A stretch of 64,000 nucleotides of DNA, taken from the NCBI RefSeq assembly GCF_964204645.1, contig NC_134027.1, positions 26,808,560 through 26,872,559 on the forward strand, read 5' to 3'. The stretch comes from Tubulanus polymorphus (taxonomy: Eukaryota > Animalia > Nemertea). The translations under genes and the position numbers were made by a program. The stretch's first letter is position 1. The number at the start of each line of letters is the position of its first letter. The notes beneath the pieces were generated by a model that was not told where the DNA came from, did no database searches, and worked only from the letters and a program-made list of their open reading frames with translations. Positions 1 through 10,722 of this stretch are shown here, piece by piece.

Positions 1-529
1 CGTACTTATTCTCCGTCGCATATACAAATATTCCAAACGCGATTACCGTGGCGATAATACCGATTGCCATCTGAGCCGGGTTTAATATACTGTAAATAAT
101 CAAACAGATACCAATAAGTGTCACTTGTGGCCAGTAATGAAAGAAAAGTAAGAATACTGAATAGATTAGACAGCTGTTAGAACTGTCGAGTTCACAGACA
201 GTCATCTCCCGGGCCCAGTTCCACAGTTGTGAGTTAGAGTTAACTTTGAGGGGAGTTAAAGTTAGTTCATTTTCATAGTCAAACAACTCAGAACAACTGT
301 GGAACTGGACCCCGGTCTCCACCACAGACTCCACACAGTTCAATACATACCCGATAATAATGAATATGATACAAGCTGTCAACATGTAATTAGTTTGATA
401 ATACAGTAGATTGTTTAATACTCTGTTCACCCATCTTTCTACATTTCTCACATTTGGCACCTGAAACCTCGCGGATTCCAGTAAATAGTCGTCTAAACTT
501 CGCAATGGCGCGATCTCAATCTCCGCCAT
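1..529 (-). CDS. ARL6IP5: PRA1-family protein (ARL6IP5/PRAF3-like), 5' part; runs off the window start
   Basis: Manual translation. Exon 529..351 gives MAEIEIAPLRSLDDYLLESARFQVPNVRNVERWVNRVLNNLLYYQTNY... A GT-AG intron follows, then exon 89..1 gives ILNPAQMAIGIIATVIAFGIF. The NLLYYQTNY motif is typical of PRAF2/PRAF3. Confidence 0.88.
   Translation of the reverse strand, partial: MAEIEIAPLRSLDDYLLESARFQVPNVRNVERWVNRVLNNLLYYQTNYMLTACIIFIIIGYVLNCVESVVETGVQFHSCSELFDYENELTLTPLKVNSNSQLWNWAREMTVCELDSSNSCLIYSVFLLFFHYWPQVTLIGICLIIYSILNPAQMAIGIIATVIAFGIFVYATENKY
208..315. mobile_element. Short MITE-like palindromic repeat; related copies at about 15930, 27095, 27570, 45715 and 52880
   Basis: Inverted termini gggcccagttccacagttgt ... 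acaactgtggaactggaccc. The motif recurs across the window. Confidence 0.7.
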
Positions 530-1131
530 TGTGGTTAGGATCAATAAAGTGGAAATTGAATTGAATTGGGAATGGAGTGTCGGGTTATCGAGTCTTGCAT
601 CAAACCCACGCGTCCATCCACTGGTTTCGAATCCCAGACACATTTCATTATATTTTATTCAAATGGATTAATTTACATCATCGACATATTTCTTTTGTCT
701 TTTAATACGTTTTTTTATGTTTGATTTTCATCCGAGCAATATTCTGACGATTATTCCAAATTAATTGGAATATTTAGTTCGCTATATTCCCGCTAGAGGG
801 TACTAGCATACATTCGACTTCCGGTCTTAAAATAAATAGAAATAGAAAAGTAAAATAATAACAAACTTCCCGGTAAATATAGGTGCACTTACCCTCATAA
901 AATTTCGATAGCAGATGCCCTGTAAAAAGAAAGACTGTAAACCAATCAGCCATTTTCGTGATTCAATTTCATTTAGCCTAATTTAGATCCGATCTCAATC
1001 AATTTAATTTTTTCAATCGATTCATTTGACATTCAAATTCAATTCGATCATCTAATCGGTATAGACTTCAACTTCCTGAAAACTTTGTTTTAAATTCCAG
1101 CAGCTACAGCCAGGAGGTGTAAACCGCTGAT
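530..1131. promoter_or_regulatory. Probable bidirectional promoter and 5' UTR region between ARL6IP5 and UBA3
   Basis: Divergent start codons about 600 bp apart. ETS-like acttccgg near 818. Confidence 0.55.
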
Positions 1132-1654
1132 ATGGATACTGATTGGCCTGATCGCTGGAATCATGTTAAAAAGTTTTTAGAAAGAACTGGACCATTCGCC
1201 CATCCAGATTTCGAGCCCAGTGATGAAGTGAGTTAGGACCCACCTTCTGTGAAAGTCACTCTAAACCTGTTTTGATTGATTTTTTTTCTAATCTCAGTTA
1301 TTTTTTCTATTAAACAGTTATTGGGATTTTTACTGGAAACCTGTCATATATTAGTAATTGGAGCTGGAGGATTAGGATGTGAACTTCTAAAAGATTTGGT
1401 AAATTAGGTTTGACTCTTGTATTTGTGATGATGTTATAACCATTGGTTAATAATCAATGAAACATTCTGCGTCTGATATCAAAACCCACAATAAGAATAG
1501 AAAAGGGTTCGAAATGTTTAGCTTAGTTTCAATATTCCTGGAGATGATTGGATCTAGCATGTGTCTAGTTGAAATTTTGAATTAGATTTCAACTCAAAGA
1601 TCTCTTTTTATCCTTAGTGTGGGATTTTATTTTATTGATACCGATCTGATATTA

Positions 1655-1690
<36 letters not shown>

Positions 1691-4600
1691 ATTACAGGCA
1701 ATGATGGGTTTTAGGAATATTGATGTGATTGATATGGATACTATCGATGTATCTAATTTAAACAGACAGTTCTTATTCAGGTCAGTTTTAAACCCAATCC
1801 TGATTTCATTAATCAAATATCCTTAATTCTATAGAAATTCTTCTTATTTAAATGATGTTCTATTTTCAGACCGTCAGATGTCGGCAAACCGAAATCACAA
1901 TGCGCTGCTGCATTCATTAATAAACGCATAGCTGGATGTAATGTTACAGCGTATCCATTTACACTATATCAGGTTCAGGGGGTCTCGTTAAAGGGGCTCC
2001 ATCAGTACTTAATATGAATGAACACAAAATTTTTCACTTTCTTTAATTTCTCGTTCAAGACATTTCGCAAAAATCCAAGATTATGACGAGGATTTCTACA
2101 GACGTAAGAATTGTTTTTAAATTTTGCATGGATTCTATTTTCAGTAGATAGAATGATTGGTATCTATCTGGTAACCCCTTGCACGCTGGGAGCCAGTCTT
2201 ACGAAGCACAATTATTATAAGTTATTTACGATGATTTCAATAATTGTGATTTTGATTGTAATTAGCTTTGTTCGATCGACCCCTGATATCTCTGATAACC
2301 ATTGTTTGTTCGTCTTTTGTTTCAGAATTTCATATAGTAGTTTGTGGTTTAGATTCAGTAGTTGCTAGAAGGTGGATTAATGGAATGCTCGTAAGTTCAA
2401 AAAATCTTCCATTGACCCTGAAGGAATAGTAAGTAAGAGATTAATTCACAGATGATTGATTTAATTTCAGTTGAGTTTAATCCAGTATGAGAATGGAGTT
2501 CTCGATCAGAGTACGGTAATACCAATGGTAGATGGCGGCACTGAAGGTTTTAAAGGCAACGCGCGTGTGATTTTACCCGGAATGACGGCTTGCGTAGAAT
2601 GTACATTAGACTTATATCCACCGCAGGTAAGATTATGATTAATATAGATCACTCGGTTTTACAGTCAAACTTGCTTAAATCATGGTAGTTGTGATGATCA
2701 TTATGTTGACGTCTCAACCAAATGACAACTTGAAACTTAGTAAATTGAATAAGATGTATAAATTGGGACTCGAAATTGGGACAACTTAGTGAACGTGACA
2801 ACTTATCAGATGATGAGGAGAGAATCCCACAATGATAATAAAAAGTCCGAAAATGAAACTTCGAGATAGTAGTTTATTTCAACGTTTCGACTATATCCTA
2901 ATAGTCATCTTCAGGAATAATGAGATACTACAGAAATTATGAGATATATATACAATCCAGAGACAAAGAGACTAATTCAAGTAATCAGAGATGATACAAA
3001 CTAAAGGAAAATTAACGTAGAAACAGTTACACGCTAAAAAGATGATGACTTTGAGATTGACTATGTATGGTATTACCGGATTTCAATGATATAAAGGTAA
3101 CCAGATGGCGTTGTTTGTTTCAGGTGAATTTTCCATTATGCACAATCGCGAATACACCTCGATTACCAGAACATTGTATAGAATATGTCAGAATTATTCT
3201 ATGGTCGAAAGAAAATCCATTTGGAGGTAAAAATCATGAATTCAAATGTACTGTCAGGGTCAGGTCTAAGGAATGAAAGCCACTTCCCCGGGGGGCAAGC
3301 ATATCTGAAATTTCGCTTGCCCCCTCCAAAAGCTACTTGCCCTACACAGGCAGTCCGATTGGTGGCACTATCATCCGTTGTATCGAGTGGGAAATAAGCT
3401 TTGAGATATAAAATTGCACTAGCTCGGTGGACAAGTGATAATGATAACCTACTTGCCCTGATGAGAATATACTTGTCCCGGGCAATCGGACAAGTGCTTA
3501 GATCGCACCCTGACTGTAGACGATCAAAATGGATCCGATCGACTCTTAGAGAATAGAGTTTAACCCTGTACTCCGATGTCAAGCGACTTGAGCAAAGTCT
3601 TCTATATGTTGATGTCAGTATTTATTGTTTGTATTTATAGATGGTATACAGATAGATGGAGATGATCCGTCTCATATACAGTGGATCAGTGAAAAATCAT
3701 TAGACAGAGCGAATCAATATGGAATTACTGGTGTAACGTATAGATTAACACAAGGTCTGTAAGGGAGCGTTTATAACGATATTCAATCAGTTCATTTTCT
3801 TTTCACTTGCTTTATTTGTATTCTATGTTATTTTAGGAGTTGTAAAACGTATAATTCCTGCTGTTGCCTCGACTAATGCTGTGATTGCTGGTTAGTTAAA
3901 ACTAGATATTTATAAATTTGTTAATTCAAACATATTCAGCTGATTTTATTCAACTATCATAATAATTTTCAATTTTAGCTGCCTGTGCATCAGAAGTTTT
4001 CAAAATAGCTACCAGGTATGTAAACTGAAACTATAAATCGGCCTTTAATAAAGGACGTATTAATCCATTCTTCCTTGTGCATGAGGCTGAAAATCAACAA
4101 ATATTTATGAACATGTACATATCAACTTTAAAGTTCAGGAGAAATGAGAAACAAGGTGTCACAATTGTTTTAGCCTCAACCTTTTCAGTGCTGACTAATT
4201 AATACCCTATAATAGTGCTGGAGATAATTTGAACATTTTAAAAAATTCCACCCTAGTGTGTTGAATAACAGGAATACCGCTATAGTGCGTCTACACCGCG
4301 GCGCAGTGTATCGTTAGTTACTAATATTTCACTATGTTTGACAGGTGCTGCAATCTATCAGTAGAAATAAAAACTTAATTACTAATTACATCAATACACC
4401 GCAGTGCGGTGTACTAGCAAAATCCATCACCGATTCATACACCGCACTGCGGTGTAGACGCACTGAAAGGGTTAAGAGTTTTTTTATATTGTTGAATTTG
4501 TGATTTTCAGTTGTTGTCTTGCATTGAATAACTACGTCAATTTCAATGACACCGAGGGTGTTTATACGTATACTTTTGAAGCAGAAAAGAAGGTAAATTG

Positions 4601-5601
4601 TTGTTATGCAAATTAAAGTTGGAATATTCTTTAAATCAATATTGTATTCAATGTTAATGTATGTTTACAGGAGGATTGTATAGCCTGTTCGCAAATACCA
4701 AAAACCTTGATATTTTCCGAGGACGCAAAACTGAAAGAAGTTTTGGAATATTTACAAGAAAGTTTCTAGTACGTATTGCGAAGTATGACATCAATTTTTC
4801 TGTAAAGAAATGTTCGTTTGTCGAATACTTATGTTTTTTCTTTCAGTCAATTGAAATCACCGGGAGTTACAACTTTGATAAATGGAAAAAATCGAACGCT
4901 GTACATACAAACAGTGAAATCTATAGAAGAAAAAACCAGGGAAAATCTCAGGAAATCATTGAAAGGTTTGTAGAAATTGAACTAACACAGTTTAGGCTTA
5001 AAAAAATTGATACCTTGTTTCTCCGCTCTGCTGAGCTTAAATGTTGACCCGGCCGGCCGCCTATCTACCCTATACATTACTTTTTTTAAAATCGTGATCA
5101 ATTTTACCATAACAGACCCGGCCGCTATAGAAATGAACTGTTTATAAATTTTATCATATTTTACAAAAATGACCCGGCCGCTGCGGAGAAACAAGGTATC
5201 ATTTTTGTTTAGCCTTATCATCCCCTGTCAGGGGATTTTAAAGGGTAATTGTTTTTAGTGTAAAACTGAAGAAGCAAATAGATTTGATCATCTTGAAATT
5301 AAGTTGAATTTAGGTTCAATCTGCTGCTATCTGTCATATTAACACTCTGCACGAACTCTTCCTGTGAACAGGGGGTGGATGACTGATAGTGCCCATTAAA
5401 AACCTCTTATCCAAGCCCTGGTCAGTCTATCGGTTTGATTACTCTCTGTGTCTCTCAGTATAACCAGTACTAATGACCATGTGAATTGAACTGGTTTCAG
5501 AATTAGGCGTCGTCGATGGACAGGAAATTTATGTGGCGGATCCAATTTCACCGGGAGCCTTAATATTCAAACTACAGCTCACTACTAAAATGGACAATTG
5601 A
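1132..5601 (+). CDS. UBA3: NEDD8-activating enzyme E1 catalytic subunit (multi-exon)
   Basis: Exons encode [69 protein letters not shown], catalytic [33 protein letters not shown] and a last exon [14 protein letters not shown]...MDN* (TGA at 5599-5601). Confidence 0.96.
1951..2059 (+). other. Putative U12-type (minor spliceosome) GT-AG intron in UBA3
   Basis: 5' site GTATCCAT. Branch-like TTCTTTAAT about 12 nt before the AG. Splicing restores the frame VTA-HFAKIQD. Confidence 0.7.
2874..2920 (-). ncRNA. Minimal type I hammerhead ribozyme motif within a dispersed repeat
   Basis: Minus strand reads ttattc-CUGAAGA-U-GACUAU(uaggau)AUAGUC-GAAACGUU-gaaauaa: core boxes, stem II, palindromic ACGU stem III and a short stem I. 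Confidence 0.65.
3249..3518. mobile_element. MITE-like element in a UBA3 intron
   Basis: Imperfect terminal inverted repeats tactgtcagggtcaggtctaag / cttagatcgcaccctgactgta. Confidence 0.55.
4180..4471. mobile_element. piggyBac-like non-autonomous element
   Basis: Ends ccttttcagtgc ... gcactgaaaggg, flanked by tcaa and ttaa. Internal inverted repeats gtgcgtctacaccgc / gcggtgtagacgcac. Confidence 0.6.
4993..5216. mobile_element. MITE with about 33-bp TIRs; a diverged copy lies at about 63745-63984
   Basis: taggcttaaaaaaattgataccttgtttctccgc ... gcggagaaacaaggtatcatttttgtttagcct. Confidence 0.7.
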
Positions 5602-6237
5602 ACACAATGTGGATTATATTAACATGATCAAATACAAGACAATAGTTCAGTAGTGAACTCACGGAAAGACGCTTCCTCCTGATTCAGTTTATTCGACAGA
5701 AATATGCACTTTGTATAAACATATTGTTTGTATCCATTTTTGTGTATTCATCAGTATTATTGTCATTACGTAATAAATTGTACATTTTGTAATTAATTTA
5801 AAGATTGATGTAAATATATCGTAGCAAATGACGTCATATACTGTATACGACGTTTAGTTGGAGTTATACATTGTAATCAATTGATGAATCATGTAAATTC
5901 AATAAGAATACTTTCGTTGATTTAGTTGTGAACTTTATCTCTGTCTAATATTATAGAATTAAAAATTGTCCACGTTGAAAAACAATGCGTTTTTTTTTCA
6001 AAATGTCTCTGGGGCAATAAATTTACATAAATAGAATTTCTGTTTTCTGTTTTTAATGGGAAAGGATTGTCAATAACGGACAATGGGATTTCAGTAAACA
6101 CCTCCTTCCTACATTAAAAGTAGAGCAAATTCTTGATCTTGGCATGAAAGCCTCTGAAGGTAATAAAAACACGTCCAATTTCGGAAAGAATATCATTCTG
6201 TGAGTAAATCGGCAGACGATCAGATTGAAATCGACCG

Positions 6238-7560
6238 ATGGGAAATGCACTTGTCAATGACATTAGTGATTCTGATCAACCACTAGCTGGAAATACTACA
6301 GAAATGTTCCCCGTAACTCAACCGCCTATAGTTCGCAATTCATGGCAGGATTTATCACTTCAGAACGCTACTCAGTTAGACCATTATCAAACTGTTGATC
6401 GCAGACAATCAGGCAGACTGTCAGTCACTGGTGAACCAGTAGTGACGAGCGGAGTCACCCAGCAGATACCAGGCACTAGTGGTCATCTTCAACCGGGGGT
6501 CAACTCTACCCAGCAGCAGATACCGGGCACTAGTGGTCATCTTCAACTCGGGGTCAACTCTACCCAGCAGCAGATACCGGGCACTAGTGGTCATCTTCAA
6601 CCGGGGGTCAACTCTACTCAGCAGCAGATATCGGGCACTAGTGGTCATCTTCAACTCGGGGTCAACTCTACCCAGCAGCAGATACCGGGCACTAGTGGTC
6701 ATCTTCAACCAGGGGTCAACTCTACCCAGCAGCAGATACCGGGCACTGGTGGTCATCTTCAACTCGGGGTCAACTCTACCCAGCAGATATCGGGCTCTAG
6801 TGGTCATCTTCAACCGGGGGTCAACTCTACCCAGCAGCAGATACCGGGCTCTAGTAGTCTTCTTCAACCGGGGGTCAACTCTACCCAGCAGCAGATACCG
6901 GGCACTGGTGGTCATCTTCAACCGGGGGTCAACTCTACCCAGCAGCAGATACCGGGCACTGGTGGTCATCTTCAACCAGGGGTCAACTCTACCCAGCAGC
7001 AGATACCGGGCACTGGTGGTCATCTTCAACCGAGGTTCAACCTCAACGTACCTCCTAATGATGCGGGGAGTCATCAACAAGTTCATGGATTTACCTCAAT
7101 ACCAGGACTGGGAGAAATAGGAAACACTCAATATTATCACGGCACTGAAACAAAAATCAGCAAAAAACGACGGAGGATCAGTTCTGATCAATACGTCACG
7201 AAAAAAACCGCCTTACATCAAATTTGTAATATAGCTTTATTTACATCAAATATTTCGCAGTTGAGAATGAATTTGAGTTTAGGATCTGAAGGTCGACATG
7301 AAGTTTACGTCGCCAGTATTGGATTATTGTCTGTATCTATTCTGTTACAAGTAATAGTATCGAGTGTGTTATTAGTAATGGGTCGGAAAGAAGGCATGAA
7401 AGATGTCGAATCCGATGAAAGACGAAATAAACCGGATAATTTAGCGAACGCAGTAGCTGTCCTCAGTTTTCTCACTGTTGTCGTTAACATTGCTTTGGTG
7501 TCTTTTTCAAATGTTGGATTTGATGAGAGACCAAAAACTGGAAATTCTTCAATTATCTAA
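6238..7560 (+). CDS. Ninjurin-family protein 1 (440 aa) with an N-terminal 18-aa tandem repeat region
   Basis: The C-terminal YVTKKTALHQICNIALFTSNISQLR...SVSILLQVIV...DNLANAVAVLSFLTVVVNIALVSF matches the ninjurin pattern (amphipathic helix plus two TM helices). Single open ORF. Confidence 0.85.
   Translation: MGNALVNDISDSDQPLAGNTTEMFPVTQPPIVRNSWQDLSLQNATQLDHYQTVDRRQSGRLSVTGEPVVTSGVTQQIPGTSGHLQPGVNSTQQQIPGTSGHLQLGVNSTQQQIPGTSGHLQPGVNSTQQQISGTSGHLQLGVNSTQQQIPGTSGHLQPGVNSTQQQIPGTGGHLQLGVNSTQQISGSSGHLQPGVNSTQQQIPGSSSLLQPGVNSTQQQIPGTGGHLQPGVNSTQQQIPGTGGHLQPGVNSTQQQIPGTGGHLQPRFNLNVPPNDAGSHQQVHGFTSIPGLGEIGNTQYYHGTETKISKKRRRISSDQYVTKKTALHQICNIALFTSNISQLRMNLSLGSEGRHEVYVASIGLLSVSILLQVIVSSVLLVMGRKEGMKDVESDERRNKPDNLANAVAVLSFLTVVVNIALVSFSNVGFDERPKTGNSSII
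6457..7032 (+). repeat. Coding 54-bp tandem repeat, 10 units plus a partial one (QQQIPGTSGHLQ[P/L]GVNST)
   Basis: Directly visible. Units differing in length do so only by an in-frame CAG (51 bp). Confidence 0.95.
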
Positions 7561-8174
7561 AATTCGTGTTTGAACCCTTTCTTGATAAACTTTTCATCTA
7601 CGAATCTACCGCGTATCCCATTTACCGCATCTTATCCTTTTACTTATTCTGAAGTAGTTTCATAGAACAGATGAGGACATTCCGAGTTTGGAAAATAAAT
7701 TGGATCGGGAAATGATGGTGTTAACTGTTCAGAGAGCGAGCAGCCTGTTCCTTGCTCCAGACCGGACAACTCAGTAAACCGCTCACAAACTTTATTCCCT
7801 GGCTCTCATATATATCTACAGTCGAATACTACCAAATAAGCTGGAATTTACTGATTTATGTTGTCAGTATCGAGTTATTTATCAGATAGCGTATTTATGA
7901 TATAATAATGATATTTATCTATTGATAATAATCGTTTATAAAAGATTTTTGTACAGTTTTAAACAGGGACGGGGATTGTTGTTTATTGAAACGAGTTCAT
8001 TAACTGGTTCCGGGACATAATCCTTGCATTGACATAGTTATGGTATTTAGAATCTGATCATATGTGACATTTTGAACAAGATTATATACATTTTTATGTT
8101 ATATTGTGTGCGACATTTGCTGCTCGGCCACTCTCAAATATTCGGGCGCTGAGATTCCCGTTCTGGTCGCGATT

Positions 8175-8864
8175 ATGGATCCAAAAATCGCTCACGTCAA
8201 CCCGGCTTATTCATCAGTGGACTACGAGGAATACATGTCACAAATTCCGCCGAGTTATTCATCACCGGTTGGACATCACGATGAATTCAGATTCGAGCTC
8301 CGGTCACCGCCGCCACACAGGATGATAAAACGATCAGCTGATGACGTCACCACCCCCAGTGACGCGCATCACAGTCGAAGCTTACAAAATGCTTCCGGAC
8401 GAAGTAAGAAAAACGACGTGATTATACCCGCGGACATTTTAAGACGAAACAAAAAATCTGATGGTAATAAAGTTCAGCAGCAGAAAAAGATAATCACGAA
8501 TGACCATTACGCCGCTAAAAAGACGGCAGTTCACAGTGTGTGCAATCTAGCATTACTTACATCGAATATTTCGCAATTAAGAATGACTCTTAGTTTGGGA
8601 GCTGAACGAGTTGAATTTTACACGTTCGTTATAAGCATGTTATCGATATCTGTCATTTTACAAGTTTTAGTCGCCTGCGTTTTGTTGTGTATCGGTAAAA
8701 ACGAAGGTTTGAAATCGACTGAATCGGAGAAACATATGAACCATTCGGATATATTAACGAATATTGTGGCTGTTCTAAGTTTTCTTACAGCTATTGTCAA
8801 TGTTTGTATCACATCGTTCTCGACGACTGACATCAGACAAATAAACAGAAATACATCTCATTAA
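8175..8864 (+). CDS. Ninjurin-family protein 2 (about 229 aa, intronless)
   Basis: First ATG at 8175 (MDPK). Ninjurin domain HYAAKKTAVHSVCNLALLTSNISQLR...LQVLV...LTNIVAVLSFLTAIVNVCITSF. Confidence 0.88.
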   Translation: MDPKIAHVNPAYSSVDYEEYMSQIPPSYSSPVGHHDEFRFELRSPPPHRMIKRSADDVTTPSDAHHSRSLQNASGRSKKNDVIIPADILRRNKKSDGNKVQQQKKIITNDHYAAKKTAVHSVCNLALLTSNISQLRMTLSLGAERVEFYTFVISMLSISVILQVLVACVLLCIGKNEGLKSTESEKHMNHSDILTNIVAVLSFLTAIVNVCITSFSTTDIRQINRNTSH

Positions 8865-9469
8865 CAGACATTATAGACAAACATTGTTTATGTTTGTTGA
8901 GAGATTTGTTGATATGTTATTTGTAATTTGCTATGTAAATTAATATGTTATTTTATGTAATCTATATATAATCTATAGAATATGTAATCTATGTAATTTA
9001 ATATATATTTAGAACGAAATAAATGTCTTTTTTAAATGATAAATCAATTCTGGGCTCCTAATCTTCTGAAAAGCGATCAAAATCAAAACCTTTTTGTCAT
9101 TTTGCTAAATGAAATCGAAATCGTAACAAATACCCGTGCTGTAGCGCAAACCAAACCTGTGTCCACTGGTTAAAAATGATTTCCCATGTTTAACCGTGAC
9201 GATGATCATCATATCTCGTCAGCTAAAATTCCCTGAGTTGTTTTCTCAGGATTTGGTATTGAAATCAGTTTGTGATGTGTCATCCTGTACGGGGCATCAT
9301 GTGGAAATAATGCAATTCTTTCGCTAATTGATATTCCACATATTAGTCAACACCCTCATTATACTGGTTTCATATGACTTCCAGTGACAGATGGACCTGT
9401 AATATTCTATAGGTGGTTTCAGCGCTTATATCTGTTGTAGTTACTTGTCAAACCAACAGCTTATATACA

Positions 9470-10722
9470 ATGGTAAGTTAGTTTCTATTAAAATTCTACT
9501 ATGGGAGTTTTTTTTTGTATTTATAATCATATTAAAAGAAACGATGAAAATCAAATTCGAAGCCTGTACCACTGACCTGTTACGACAGAGGTAGGAAGTT
9601 TGTTTGTTCGATGTGGTGACTGTCTATGAGTATAATGACCAAATCAAGTGTGGTGACTCTTTCGCTAGAATACCCGCTACCATTCTGCAAAAAATAAAAT
9701 CGAAAGGAATGTATAATTTAGAATTGAAGCGTAGGTGAAATTTTCAAATGGTTACAGAGAGGATTTTCTAACAAAATGAGGTCGAATTGTGGCACCAATT
9801 GAGGCCCAACCTGGCACTAGCCAACCCTAACTCTAGCCCCGTCTCTACCCTAACCACAGGCTCGAACCAGCAACCTCCAGCATTCAAGTCGTGTACACTA
9901 CCCACTTGACCAATGAGCTCCGGGTGGTTGACGGGGTTCACAGATTTGCCTGGTCAGTGTGGTGACCATAACTGGTGATCAGTCAGGTGTGGTGACTGCG
10001 GGTTGTTATCACTAACCCTATCAAAGCGAATCCATTGTGAGACACATTCACCACTGTTCGATCTACTGTTCCAGTATCGACGGGTTTTAGGCGATTTATG
10101 AATTATCTTATCAAATGACTGATTATTTTTCTAGGCGACAAACGAACAAGAAATATCGTCGAAAGAGACGGTTCCATTAGTCGCGACCAGTAATAAAGAA
10201 GATTCGGTTGATAATCCAGCTGCGTCGATATCAACGACTTACGGAGGAACAACGGGTGCTTCACCACCAGTGGAAAACAGCAGAAATAAAGATCCTGAAA
10301 AATTAACAGAACAGAAACAGCAAATTCCCAAAGTCATCAGCATTAATCATTATAACACGAAGAAAACGGTCGCCCATGCTGTAACATGTATTACTGTGCT
10401 GACAGCGAACGCGAGTCAAATTCGTCAGATAATCCTCTCCGAGAAATCCGAGGAGGCTTTCTACTGGCCTCTGCTCGGTTTGATGATCAGTTCTTTAGCG
10501 TTACAGATTATCACGCTTATCATACTGTTGATAGCTGGTAAATCCGAGGGGGAGGATTATGAGGTGAATGAAGGAGCCGCTTTGATATGGTTGGATAAAT
10601 TAACGAATGTATTGGTCGCATTTTGTTGTTTGAGCGCTTTACTGAATATCTTCATTACGACGTTCGTTTCTGATATCCCGATAAGTAACCAATCTTCGTA
10701 TCCATCAAAACTCACTGGATGA
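9470..10722 (+). CDS. Ninjurin-family protein 3 (ATG-only first coding exon 9470-9472; exon 2 at 10135-10722)
   Basis: ATG|gtaagt donor. The acceptor at 10134 is in frame with SINHYNTKKTVAHAVTCITVLTANASQIR...LQII...LDKLTN...LLNIFITTF. Confidence 0.85.
9854..9922 (-). mobile_element. tRNA-derived SINE head or tRNA pseudogene in the ninjurin 3 intron
   Basis: Minus strand has A-box-like TGGTCAAGTGG and B-box GGTTCGAGCC at tRNA-like spacing, but no clean cloverleaf. Confidence 0.5.

Noticed and set aside
6421-7120. Alternative-frame ORFs 6421-7086 (-) and 6479-7120 (+)
   Set aside because: These are by-products of a stop-free 54-bp repeat. Only the 6238 frame connects to a recognisable domain.
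8106-8174. GTG-started N-terminal extension of ninjurin 2
   Set aside because: In a eukaryotic gene the first ATG at 8175 is the more plausible start.
9822-9855. Telomere-like ccctaa motifs
   Set aside because: Only a few degenerate units are present, not an array.
9854-9922. Functional tRNA gene
   Set aside because: The acceptor and anticodon stems do not pair cleanly, so it is kept only as SINE-like.
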